Origin: Candidatus Omnitrophota bacterium
GTDB lineage: Bacteria; Omnitrophota; Gorgyraeia; Gygaellales; Profunditerraquicolaceae
Assembly (NCBI GenBank): GCA_003598025.1
Contig: QZKH01000002.1
Coordinates: 74,133 to 138,132, forward strand
Length of the DNA stretch: 64,000 bases
Direction of reading: 5' to 3'
The position numbers and the translations under genes were made by a program. Of the stretch, positions 38,326-47,553 are shown one piece after another; positions within the stretch are counted from its first letter, which is position 1, and each line of letters opens with the position of its first letter. Under the pieces are notes generated by a model that ran no database searches, had not been told where the DNA came from, and saw nothing but the letters and a program-made list of their open reading frames with translations.

Positions 38326-39702
38326 ATGTTCAAAAAACTATTAACACTAATTTTTATTTCAACCAGTTTGGGTTTTATATCTTCAAGGCTAGGTTTGAAT
38401 TACCATCAGGCCTTGTCCATAGGCATATTCTCAGCATCTATCCTTGGGACCTTGTTATTCTGGGATTTCCGCCTGGCTTTTGCATTTTGGGGCGTGTCAA
38501 TATTAATGCTGACTAAGACCATTGACCTAGAGAATATGATTAAATTCTCTTCATTGGAAGTAATACTCTTTTTAGTAGGTATGATGGTGTTAGTAGGCCT
38601 CTTAAAAGATTCAGGATTCTTTGCCTGGATAGTGCAGCTTATATTGCGTGTCAGGAATATGACTGCGCAGCGGTTTGTAATCATGATCACGCTTATTTCC
38701 GCGATACTTTCTGCTATGACATCAGAGGTTGTATCCATAATATTCATGGTTGCCGCTATTCTTGAAATCTGCGATTATTTTGAAGTTGACCCTGTGCCAT
38801 TTGTTATCATATCGGTTTTAGCTACCAATATCGGAAGCGCTTCTACTGTCTTGGGTAATCCCATAGGTATATTGATCGCCTCAAAAGCAGGTCTTACATT
38901 CGAAGATTTTATAATCAAGGCCTTTCCTCTTGCGATGGTGTGCTTATTTTTCACAATATTTTTGGTCTTATTTTGGTATAGGGACTCGATTAAAAGACTC
39001 AATAAGCACATAAAGGAGATGGGTGCTAATGAAATCCTTATAAGGCTTATTTCTGTCCCACCGGAAAAAGATTTAAAGACAGGGTTGATTATTTTCGGGG
39101 TAACTCTGTTTTTCATTGCCATGCACCACAGGATTGAGTTGCTCTTCAGCCTGGAACATAATACCGTACTTTTAATGATGCCGTTGCTTTCGAGCGGCGG
39201 GGTAATGATGTGGAAATACAATAAAGCCAGGGATTTTATAGAGAAGGATGTTGAGTGGTGGACACTTCTGTTTTTTATGATGCTCTTTGCTCAGGCAGGG
39301 ACACTTAAGTATACCGGAGCCACGGATATTATAGCAGGCAAGCTTGCCCATATCGCCGGGCAGAATCATTTGTCTCTCATTGGTATAGTCTTATGGGTTT
39401 CAGCGATAGGCTCAAGCATCCTGGATAATGTCGTCTTAGTCGCAGCTTTCATACCTGTAATACAGAGTTTTCAGGAGATAAACTTACAGCCTTTATGGTG
39501 GGCGTTACTGTTCGGAGGGTGCCTGGGAGGCAATATTACAATCGTTGGCTCTACAGCCAATATAGTTGCTTTAGGCATCCTTGAGAAAGAACAGAATATT
39601 AGAATGTCTTTCTTGAAGTGGTTCTGGATCGGTCTTTCCGTTGGGTTGATTACGGTAGGGATAGTCTGGGTAGCTTTAATATTTTTACCGTTTTATAATT
39701 AA
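38326..39702 (+). CDS. ArsB/NhaD-superfamily ion permease (paralog 1)
   Basis: About 12 TMs. C-terminal GGCLGGNITIVGSTANIVALGIL, typical of the ArsB/NhaD/CitMHS fold. Paralogous to the 49596-50867 gene. Confidence 0.55.
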   Translation: MFKKLLTLIFISTSLGFISSRLGLNYHQALSIGIFSASILGTLLFWDFRLAFAFWGVSILMLTKTIDLENMIKFSSLEVILFLVGMMVLVGLLKDSGFFAWIVQLILRVRNMTAQRFVIMITLISAILSAMTSEVVSIIFMVAAILEICDYFEVDPVPFVIISVLATNIGSASTVLGNPIGILIASKAGLTFEDFIIKAFPLAMVCLFFTIFLVLFWYRDSIKRLNKHIKEMGANEILIRLISVPPEKDLKTGLIIFGVTLFFIAMHHRIELLFSLEHNTVLLMMPLLSSGGVMMWKYNKARDFIEKDVEWWTLLFFMMLFAQAGTLKYTGATDIIAGKLAHIAGQNHLSLIGIVLWVSAIGSSILDNVVLVAAFIPVIQSFQEINLQPLWWALLFGGCLGGNITIVGSTANIVALGILEKEQNIRMSFLKWFWIGLSVGLITVGIVWVALIFLPFYN

Positions 39703-39742
39703 AGTTTATGGATAAATTAACCATCAACAGGAGGATGAAACT

Positions 39743-40192
39743 GTGAGAAAGGGAATTTTCTTAATTCTAATAGCTTTCTTATTTAGTGTCGCCTGCGCAA
39801 ACCTGGTTTTGTCAGAGGAGCTTGCTCCGGAAAAGGCTGTAGAAGAGGTTTCTGCGCCTCAAATAGATTTTCTCTGGGGGCATGTAGTAAGTATAAATAC
39901 TGAAAACGGTACGATTTTGATCGGATATAATGATATCGAAACAAACCAGGATAAGCAGGCAAATATAAGTGTTACCAAAGATACAGTTTTAGAAAATGTA
40001 ACCGAGTTAAAGGAGATAGCCCCGGGTGATTCAGCAAGTATCGATTATACTCTTTCTCCTTCGCAAGACATGATTGCAAAGAGCATATGGATAGAGAAGC
40101 CCCAGCAGAATGAGAGCGAGATATCTCCGGGTGACCTGCAGAATAAAGATGAAGCGGTTGCCATCGAACCTTCGGAAGTTCCAGCAGATTAA
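39743..40192 (+). CDS. Secreted hypothetical protein
   Basis: Signal peptide (LILIAFLFSVACA), then an acidic C-terminus. RBS AGGAGGATG. Confidence 0.35.
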   Translation: MRKGIFLILIAFLFSVACANLVLSEELAPEKAVEEVSAPQIDFLWGHVVSINTENGTILIGYNDIETNQDKQANISVTKDTVLENVTELKEIAPGDSASIDYTLSPSQDMIAKSIWIEKPQQNESEISPGDLQNKDEAVAIEPSEVPAD

Positions 40193-40246
40193 CCCTGTTT
40201 TTTAACATTTAATCAGGCAGGATTATATCATCCTGCCTTTTTTAAC

Positions 40247-40885
40247 ATGGCCGAAAATAAACTTTTTATATTTGATTTGGACGGAACATTGATAGACGCA
40301 TATCCGGCGATAATAGATAGCTTTAATTTTACTATGGCAAAACTATGCTTACCATGCGTTTCACCGTCTATTATCCGAAAGAGCGTAGGAAGAGGCGACG
40401 AGAATCTCCTGCTTCCTTTCACAGGCAGGTTATTATTGAAAAAGGCTTTGTCAGTATACAGGAAGCATCATTCAAAAGCCCTGCTTAGCGGATCGAGATT
40501 GTTTCCTCAAACCAGAGAAGTGTTGCGGGGACTAAAAGAAAAAGGTTATCTGCTTGCAGTTGCAAGCAACAGGCCGACAAGATTTTCAGGGATACTCATA
40601 AAACACCTAAGAATAGACAGGTATTTTGATTACGTGCTTTGCGCAGACAAGCTTAAAAGAGGTAAGCCGGACCCGCTTATCCTGAATAAAATAATGAAGC
40701 GTTTGCATGTTAAGCCTTCAAATTCTTTCTATGTAGGTGACATGGTAATAGATGCGCAGGCAGGCAGGCGCGCGGGTGTTAAGTCTATAATCGTAACAAC
40801 CGGCTCCAGCAGCAGGGCTGAGATTAAAAGAGAAAGGCCGTATAAAATTATTCGGCATATCGGCAGCCTTTTAAAGCTGGCGTAA
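40247..40885 (+). CDS. HAD-superfamily hydrolase (phosphoglycolate phosphatase-like)
   Basis: Motif I FIFDLDGTLID, motif II VASNR, motif IV YVGDMVIDAQAG. Confidence 0.75.
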   Translation: MAENKLFIFDLDGTLIDAYPAIIDSFNFTMAKLCLPCVSPSIIRKSVGRGDENLLLPFTGRLLLKKALSVYRKHHSKALLSGSRLFPQTREVLRGLKEKGYLLAVASNRPTRFSGILIKHLRIDRYFDYVLCADKLKRGKPDPLILNKIMKRLHVKPSNSFYVGDMVIDAQAGRRAGVKSIIVTTGSSSRAEIKRERPYKIIRHIGSLLKLA

Positions 40886-40938
40886 TATGTTTCTCTTGAC
40901 ATGGGGCGCTTTTAATATATAGTAAAAATGGTGATGAT

Positions 40939-41676
40939 GTGAGGACAAAACTGATTTTATCGTTATTACTGGTCTTTGGTATTGTGGGATGCGCTAAACT
41001 CAATCCCTTTATCAAAGATAAATCCAAAAGGAATGCTTCGCTATCTCTACCTGATTATTCCGGCCTTAAGGCGAGTATGACAGTTGCCGATTTTGAGGTA
41101 AAGAATCAAAATACTGCTGCCGAGGTTGCTGCAAGCCTGCATCGGATGCTCGTAGAATCTCTGAGTAAAACGAACAGGTACGTTATTATTGATCCAAAAG
41201 TGCTTTCAGCAGTTAATGCCGCAAATGAGCAAACTGGCGCCTTGGCACCATCCGAGGGCACGCAAAAAAAGGAAGAGGCTGAGAAGCCGCCGGTGCCTGA
41301 CTTGATAGTATCTGTAAATATAGTTGAATTTCAACCCCAGGCATCCGGGGGTGCTTCAGGCGTAGGCGGAGGCGGAGGAGTAGGTAGCGGTACGCTTGGA
41401 GCTCTTTTAGGGGCAGCCTTAAACAGGGCGCACATGATACTTGATGTAAGGGTAATTGAAAGGGAAACTTCAAAGATTTTAGCCAGCACTAAGATCCAAG
41501 CCCAAGCATCAGATACAAGTGGTCCGATCATGGAGAACCTGCTTGGTGCAACGACACTCGGTAATGGTTTAGGCGCATTTGCCAACACGCCCATGGAAAA
41601 AGTGATTAGGATCTGTCTTAGTGAAACAGTAAGATATATTTATGACACGGTTCCATTAAAATATTACAAACAATAA
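40939..41676 (+). CDS. CsgG-like (COG1462) lipoprotein with a Gly-rich internal loop
   Basis: Lipobox VGC. VADFEVKNQN...LHRMLVESLSKTNRYVIIDPKVL resembles the CsgG-family N-domain. Poly-Gly stretch GGASGVGGGGGVGSG. Confidence 0.4.
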   Translation: MRTKLILSLLLVFGIVGCAKLNPFIKDKSKRNASLSLPDYSGLKASMTVADFEVKNQNTAAEVAASLHRMLVESLSKTNRYVIIDPKVLSAVNAANEQTGALAPSEGTQKKEEAEKPPVPDLIVSVNIVEFQPQASGGASGVGGGGGVGSGTLGALLGAALNRAHMILDVRVIERETSKILASTKIQAQASDTSGPIMENLLGATTLGNGLGAFANTPMEKVIRICLSETVRYIYDTVPLKYYKQ

Positions 41677-41816
41677 ACTGATATGGGAAAACGTAAACGA
41701 AGAGGAAAACTTAACTGGCGCTCCAAGAGGGCCAATAAAGGCAAAAGACCCTGTTTGGGTTCGTAGTCTTTATTTTATAGCCGGATTTATCGTATTAAAA
41801 TTCAGGCTGGTTTTAT

Positions 41817-42560
41817 ATGATGGTTTTAACCTTAAGCCTTATTAGCACAGTCATTGTCAGCCTAATATCTCTCATAGGGATTTTCACCTTATTTATAAAT
41901 GAAAGGCTTTTAGGAAAAATCCTTTTTGGGCTGATTGGTTTTTCTGCCGGCTCGCTAATAGGCGGCGCCTTTCTGCATATCTTACCTGAAGTTTTAGAGC
42001 ATACTCAAGCCAACAGAACATTCTCCTATGTCATCGCAGGCATGGTTATTTTCTTTATTATGGAAAAGTATTTTTACTGGCGGCATTGTCATGAAGGCAA
42101 GTGTGATGTCCACGCCTTTACTTATTTAAACATTATTGGTGATGGTGTGCATAATTTTATTGATGGTATGCTGATAACCGCCAGTTTCTCCGTATCCGCA
42201 GGTTTAGGATTAGTCACGACTACGGCTGTTATTCTTCATGAGATACCGCAGGAGCTGGGCGACTTTGGGGTATTGGTTTATGGAGGCTTTAGCAGAAAGA
42301 AGGCATTATTTTTTAATTTTATTTCTGCTCTTGCAGCGATAATAGGCGCTTTAGTTTCTTATTTTATTATTGGGGCCGTGGAAGGTTTCTCCAATTTTCT
42401 CCTGCCGCTTACGGCAGGAGGTTTTATTTATATAGCTTCTTCGGATCTAATCCCCGAAATCCACAAGGAAGGCAATTTTAGGCGTAGTATTCTAGCCTTT
42501 GGTTCTTTTATACTCGGTCTTGCAGTTATGGCACTGGCCCGTGTCTTTATCCCAGGATAA
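41817..42560 (+). CDS. zupT: ZIP-family zinc/iron permease (ZupT-like)
   Basis: HEIPQELGDFGVLVYGG and HNFIDGML metal-binding motifs. 8 TMs. Confidence 0.8.
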   Translation: MMVLTLSLISTVIVSLISLIGIFTLFINERLLGKILFGLIGFSAGSLIGGAFLHILPEVLEHTQANRTFSYVIAGMVIFFIMEKYFYWRHCHEGKCDVHAFTYLNIIGDGVHNFIDGMLITASFSVSAGLGLVTTTAVILHEIPQELGDFGVLVYGGFSRKKALFFNFISALAAIIGALVSYFIIGAVEGFSNFLLPLTAGGFIYIASSDLIPEIHKEGNFRRSILAFGSFILGLAVMALARVFIPG

Positions 42561-42602
42561 CAATACCTGAGCACCCCCCCCATAATATTTCTAAAAAAAT
42601 TC

Positions 42603-42650
42603 TTGACAAAATACAGTTATATGTTATTATTGAAAATGTATTTCAATAAT
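42603..42650 (+). promoter_or_regulatory. Promoter (-35 TTGACA at 42603-42608) overlapped by a 10-5-10 inverted repeat ATTATTGAAA-ATGTA-TTTCAATAAT (42626-42650); candidate Fur/Zur-family operator
   Basis: The perfect inverted repeat is visible in the sequence, 6 nt upstream of the fur-family ATG. It overlaps the predicted -10. Confidence 0.55.
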
Positions 42651-42656
42651 ATCTAG

Positions 42657-43103
42657 ATGAAAAAAGAAGTAGAGATTTTCAATAATTATATAAACCGTCG
42701 TAGATTCAGGCATACTCCGCAAAGGATAAAGATATTGGATGTGTTCCTGGAAACCGAGGGACATGTTTCATTCCAGGAGCTGTATAGGCTGGTTAAGAAG
42801 AAGCATCCTGAAATCGGCCTTACCACAGTTTATAGAAGCATGAAGCTTTTTTCAGAATGTGGGCTCTGCAGCGAAATCGATTTTGGCGATGGCGTCTTAA
42901 GGTTTGAGCATAAGTATAATCATAAACACCATGACCACCTTATCTGTACAAAATGCGGCCAGCTTATAGAAGTGGTAAGCCCAAGGCTTGAAAAGATGCA
43001 GGAAGCAATGGCGAAAAAGCATGGTTTTGTTTCATTGAGTCATAAGCTTGAAATATTCGGGATATGTAGCTCTTGTTATGGTCTGAGGTCACCTGCCAGG
43101 TAA
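42657..43103 (+). CDS. Fur-family metalloregulator (likely Zur, given the ZIP neighbour)
   Basis: HTPQRIKILDVFLE winged-helix region, HHDHLICTKCG and CSSC metal sites. Confidence 0.85.
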   Translation: MKKEVEIFNNYINRRRFRHTPQRIKILDVFLETEGHVSFQELYRLVKKKHPEIGLTTVYRSMKLFSECGLCSEIDFGDGVLRFEHKYNHKHHDHLICTKCGQLIEVVSPRLEKMQEAMAKKHGFVSLSHKLEIFGICSSCYGLRSPAR

Positions 43104-43161
43104 ATTTTTTTTGTAATATAGTTGAAAATGATTATCAATAACATATAAACAAGGAGGAGAG

Positions 43162-43884
43162 ATGAAAAAAACATACTTGTTACTTTTAACAGTAATTTTA
43201 AATACTGTTATATTTTCTGTTTCTGCTTATGCCGACAACAGAAGCTATGTGTGGACATACGAATACATGACTATGCCTAAGGGGCTTTGGGAGGCAGAGG
43301 TTTATGCAACAACCGAGATCAAGGATATAAACCGGTCGAATATTAACACTGTTAAACATTGGCTTGAGCTTGAATACGGCCTAACCGACAGGCTTGATCT
43401 GGCAGTATACCAGATGTGGAAGACAGGCAATAAAATCTCGGAGAATGATACCGAGTATGACGGGTTTAAGGTCAGGGCTAGGTACCGATTCGGTGAAAAA
43501 GGAAAATTTTTGCTGGACCCGTTAGTATATTTGGAGTATATACGTAACGATGATCTGCATAAACCCAATGTGGGGGAAGCCAAGCTTATCTTGGCACGCG
43601 ATATCGGAAGAGTCAATATAAGCTACAACCAGATACTCAAAGCAAACCTTGAATCTGAGGGCCTGGCTGAATGGGAGTATGCAGCAGGAGGTAGCTATAA
43701 AATAAGCGAAACCTTTCGCTTTGGGCTTGAATCCAAGGGCAGTTATACAAAGGATAAAATTGCTGTCGGGCCAGTGGTTTCTTTCAGATTTGGGAAGAAC
43801 TGGATGGCTTTAGGGTCTGCGTTTGGATTGAATGAGAGGACCGATGATCTGCAGGTTAGGTTGATTGTAGGAATCCCGTTTTAA
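43162..43884 (+). CDS. Putative outer-membrane beta-barrel protein (hypothetical), possibly metal-regulated
   Basis: Signal peptide. Alternating amphipathic beta-strand pattern. C-terminal aromatic residue (…VGIPF). Lies between fur/zur and feoB. Confidence 0.4.
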   Translation: MKKTYLLLLTVILNTVIFSVSAYADNRSYVWTYEYMTMPKGLWEAEVYATTEIKDINRSNINTVKHWLELEYGLTDRLDLAVYQMWKTGNKISENDTEYDGFKVRARYRFGEKGKFLLDPLVYLEYIRNDDLHKPNVGEAKLILARDIGRVNISYNQILKANLESEGLAEWEYAAGGSYKISETFRFGLESKGSYTKDKIAVGPVVSFRFGKNWMALGSAFGLNERTDDLQVRLIVGIPF

Positions 43885-43916
43885 TAGTAAACTATATAGT
43901 ATTAGGAAAGGAATTT

Positions 43917-44414
43917 ATGCGTAAGATTGCCATATTCGGCTCTCCAAATGTCGGTAAATCCGTAATGTTTAGTAACCTTACGGGCAGTTATGCCATAGTT
44001 TCTAATTATCCCGGGACAACCGTTGAGGTTTCCCGTGGTAAAGCAAGGATAGGAGATGAAGAATTTGAAGTCATAGATACTCCGGGAGCGTATTCTTTAC
44101 TTCCGGTTACAGAAGAAGAGAGAGTGGCGCGCTCGATATTGATAAACGAAAGGCCTTCTATCGTGCTGCATATGCTAGATGCCAAGAATCTAGAGCGTAT
44201 GCTGCCTTTGACTTTACAGCTTTTAGAGGCGGGTATGCCAGTTATTTTAATATTAAATATAACCGATGAAGCAGAGGACGCAGGCATAAATATAGATGCA
44301 AACCGTCTGGAAAGAGATCTAAGCATACCGGTTTTAGCTACTGTTTCCACTACCGGCAAAGGACTGGATATTTTAAAGGGGAGAATAGAAGAATATGTTA
44401 AGAAACTTTTATAG
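43917..44414 (+). CDS. feoB: Ferrous iron transporter FeoB, N-terminal GTPase domain, encoded as a separate ORF
   Basis: G1 GSPNVGKS, G2 T, G3 DTPG. 165 aa covers the whole G-domain. The stop overlaps the next ORF by 20 nt in another frame. Confidence 0.8.
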   Translation: MRKIAIFGSPNVGKSVMFSNLTGSYAIVSNYPGTTVEVSRGKARIGDEEFEVIDTPGAYSLLPVTEEERVARSILINERPSIVLHMLDAKNLERMLPLTLQLLEAGMPVILILNITDEAEDAGINIDANRLERDLSIPVLATVSTTGKGLDILKGRIEEYVKKLL

Positions 44415-45852
44415 AAAGATAGGTTATGATGATCCTCTGGAGTTGAGTTTATCCAGGCTGGAATCACTTTTATTATCGGACTATACCCTTTCTAAGCGCA
44501 GCATTTCTTTGCTTCTTCTGCAGGAAGATACGGAGATATTAGGCTTGGTCAAAGAAAGAGAGAAAGAGAGATTTTCAGAAATAACCACTATTATAGAAGA
44601 AACAAAAGCACATTATTCTCAGCCGCTTCTGCTTATCATTAGCCAGCGCCGCCAGGAAGAGGCAAGCCGTATAGCTAGAAGCGCCATCAGTCTTAAGGAA
44701 AAGCACAGACGCAGCATCAAGGGATATTTAAGTAAAATCATGATGAATCCTTTGACCGGAGGCCCTATACTTTTGGCAGTGCTTTATTACGGACTGTATA
44801 AATTTGTTGGAACTTTCGGTGCTGGCGTCTTGGTAGATTTTCTGGAGGAAAAGGTATTCGGAAATTTTATCAACCCGTTTATGATTAATATAATCACCCG
44901 CTATATACATTTTGAGCTACTACAGGATCTTCTTGTGGGGGAATATGGCATCATAACTCTTGGGGTCCGTTATGCCGTGGCAATCATATTACCGATTGTG
45001 GCGACATTTTTCTTTGCTTTTGCTATTGTCGAAGATACAGGTTATCTCCCGAGGCTGGCTATGTTAGTAGACAGGATGTTTAAGCGTATAGGCCTTTCCG
45101 GCAGGGCGGTGATACCTCTGGTATTAGGTTTCGGTTGTGATACGATGGCAACCATGGTAACACGGACGTTACCTACTAAACGTGAGCGGATTATCGCAAC
45201 ACTTTTGTTGGCTCTTGCTATTCCTTGTTCTGCACAGATGGGGGTAATCTTAGGGCTTCTTGGAGATAAACCGATTGGTTTGATTGTTTGGCTAGGGGTA
45301 ATAATAGCGGTATTTATGTTTATAGGATATTTGGCGGCGAAAATAATGCCGGGAGAGATGCCTACATTTTATATGGAGATTCCGCCTCTTAGGCTTCCTA
45401 AGTTATCCAATATCCTGCGTAAAACATGGTTTCGTCTTAGATGGTATTTTCTTGAGATATTGCCTATATTCTTGATTGCCAGTTTCATTATCTGGTTGGG
45501 GCAGATTACCGGGGTATTTAATTTCCTAGTGAAGCTTCTTGGTTTTCCTGTACGCTGGATAGGCCTCCCTAATGAGGCTGCAGTTGCTTTTTTATTTGGA
45601 TTCTTCCGCCGTGATTACGGGGCGGCAGGCCTCTATGATTTAAAAAAAGCAGGCCTTTTATCGGGTAATCAATTAGTAATAGCATGCGTTACACTTACCT
45701 TATTTTTACCATGTATCGCTCAATTGATGATAAATGTTAAGGAGCGCGGTATACGCATGGGGATAGCCATGTCTATATTCATTCTATTTTTTTCTTTTGG
45801 CACCGGATACATTCTAAATATACTCTTGACTCTGTTTAGCCTGCACTTATAA
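44395..45852 (+). CDS. feoB: Ferrous iron transporter FeoB, helical-linker and membrane permease portion
   Basis: GDI-like linker, then a polytopic gate/nucleoside-recognition-type membrane domain (GIITLGVRYAVAIILPIV..., GFGCDTMAT). Confidence 0.8.
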   Translation: MLRNFYRKIGYDDPLELSLSRLESLLLSDYTLSKRSISLLLLQEDTEILGLVKEREKERFSEITTIIEETKAHYSQPLLLIISQRRQEEASRIARSAISLKEKHRRSIKGYLSKIMMNPLTGGPILLAVLYYGLYKFVGTFGAGVLVDFLEEKVFGNFINPFMINIITRYIHFELLQDLLVGEYGIITLGVRYAVAIILPIVATFFFAFAIVEDTGYLPRLAMLVDRMFKRIGLSGRAVIPLVLGFGCDTMATMVTRTLPTKRERIIATLLLALAIPCSAQMGVILGLLGDKPIGLIVWLGVIIAVFMFIGYLAAKIMPGEMPTFYMEIPPLRLPKLSNILRKTWFRLRWYFLEILPIFLIASFIIWLGQITGVFNFLVKLLGFPVRWIGLPNEAAVAFLFGFFRRDYGAAGLYDLKKAGLLSGNQLVIACVTLTLFLPCIAQLMINVKERGIRMGIAMSIFILFFSFGTGYILNILLTLFSLHL

Positions 45853-45870
45853 TTAAAACAAGGAGATTTT

Positions 45871-46509
45871 ATGTTATCGCAATCGGCGGAAGAAATTTTA
45901 GAGGCATTGGCGGTTCAGCAAGAACAGGGCAAAAAACCGCTGGATCTGGGAGCGTCTCGCGATGACCCTGCGATCGAAGAATTAGTGCGATTAGGGTTTG
46001 TGCGTAAGGACGGCACCCATATACATCTGTTAGAAAAAGGGGAATCTGCAGCCCAGGGTGCTTTACGCAGGCATCGTTTGGCAGAACGCCTTTTGGTTGA
46101 TGTCTTTGATGTGAAAAAAAAGATAATAGATGAGGTAAGTTGCAAGTTTGAACATATCCTTCATGCCGGGCTTGAAGATAACGTCTGTACTATTTTAGGC
46201 CATCCCAGGGTCTGTCCGCACGGCAAGCCTATTCCTCCAGGAAAATGCTGCGGGAAGAAATATAATACTAAATTCCTGAGATTTGTTGCTCGCCTATCTG
46301 AATTGGAGGTGCATGATAAGGGAAATATCGCCTATCTTCAGAGTAAGAATGCCTCGCAAATGCAGAAACTCATCAGTATAGGCGCGCTTCCCGGAATATC
46401 AGTAACCTTAATACAAAAGTTTCCTTCCTATGTTTTTCAATTAGGCCAGAGCCAGTTTGCCATAGACAAGGAGCTGGCATCCGCAATTTATGTTCGCTTG
46501 ACTAAGTAA
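45871..46509 (+). CDS. DtxR/MntR-family metal-dependent transcriptional regulator with a C-terminal FeoA (SH3-like) domain
   Basis: RRHRLAERLL...FEHILHAG...CPHGKPIP is the DtxR metal-binding/dimerisation region. The C-terminal ~75 aa are FeoA-like (GISVTLIQKF...FQLGQSQFAIDKELASAIYV). Confidence 0.7.
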   Translation: MLSQSAEEILEALAVQQEQGKKPLDLGASRDDPAIEELVRLGFVRKDGTHIHLLEKGESAAQGALRRHRLAERLLVDVFDVKKKIIDEVSCKFEHILHAGLEDNVCTILGHPRVCPHGKPIPPGKCCGKKYNTKFLRFVARLSELEVHDKGNIAYLQSKNASQMQKLISIGALPGISVTLIQKFPSYVFQLGQSQFAIDKELASAIYVRLTK

Positions 46510-46532
46510 GAGATAGCCTTATAATAAAATCC

Positions 46533-47537
46533 ATGAAAGCAATAGGACTTATTTCCGGAGGGCTGGATAGTATATTGGCTGCAAGGATAATGAAGGATTC
46601 TGGTATTGAACTGATAGCTTTACATACCAGCAGCCCATTCTGTCTTTGCAACAAGAGAGGTTCTTCGGGATGTGTGCATAGTGCCCAGAAGGCAGCCGAT
46701 GACCTTGGCATCAGGCTTATTAACATAAATGTTTCAAGAGAAATAATTGATATTGTAAAAAAGCCTAAATACGGCTACGGCTCTAATATGAATCCCTGTA
46801 TTGATTGCCGTATCCTGCTTTTTAAGAAAGCAAAAGAAGCTATGAGCAGGGAGAATGCCTCTTTTGTGATTACAGGTGAAGTCCTGGGCCAGAGGCCAAT
46901 GTCGCAAAAAAGAGATATTATGAAGTTAATAGACAGAGAGTCGGGCCTGGAGGGGTTAGTATTAAGACCATTATCAGCCAGGGTTATGGAGCCGACACTT
47001 GCTGAAGAGAAAGGCTGGATTGATAGAAACAAACTCTTGGCGATAAGCGGCAGGGGCAGGAAAGAGCAGATATCGTTAGCCCGCTCATTTGGAGTATATG
47101 ATTATCCTTGCCCCAGCGGAGGATGCCTGCTTACAGACCCTCAGTTCAGCAGACGCTTAAAGGATCTGATTAAATACGGGAATATTGGTTTAAATGAGGT
47201 AAACTTGCTTAAGGTCGGCAGGCATTTCAGGATAAATGACAAGTTAAAGCTTGTTGTGGGGCGCAATGAAAAAGAAAACCAACAGTTGCTGAATTTAGCA
47301 AGCAGCCCGGATATGCTATTTTTACCACCCGATGATATTGCCGGCCCTATCTCCTTAGCCCGCGGGCAGATAGACAATGAATCCAGAGATTTCTGTTGCC
47401 GTATCGTATCCAGGTATTATGACAACCATGATAGCGGTCCTGTTAAGGTGGTATATAAATATTTTGGAGATTCCCAGGGCAAAGAATGCATAATTTCTCC
47501 TGCAGTTGATAAGGAAATTCAGGATATGAAGGTATAA
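46533..47537 (+). CDS. PP-loop ATP pyrophosphatase, ThiI/MnmA-like Cys-rich tRNA-sulfurtransferase-family protein
   Basis: SGGLDS PP-loop at the N-terminus. ITGEVLGQRPMSQ resembles ThiI TGESLGQVASQT. NPCIDCRILLF resembles the MnmA catalytic-Cys region. Several Cys pairs (CLC, CPSGGC). Confidence 0.55.
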   Translation: MKAIGLISGGLDSILAARIMKDSGIELIALHTSSPFCLCNKRGSSGCVHSAQKAADDLGIRLININVSREIIDIVKKPKYGYGSNMNPCIDCRILLFKKAKEAMSRENASFVITGEVLGQRPMSQKRDIMKLIDRESGLEGLVLRPLSARVMEPTLAEEKGWIDRNKLLAISGRGRKEQISLARSFGVYDYPCPSGGCLLTDPQFSRRLKDLIKYGNIGLNEVNLLKVGRHFRINDKLKLVVGRNEKENQQLLNLASSPDMLFLPPDDIAGPISLARGQIDNESRDFCCRIVSRYYDNHDSGPVKVVYKYFGDSQGKECIISPAVDKEIQDMKV

Positions 47538-47553
47538 CTTTTATCCAGAAAAG

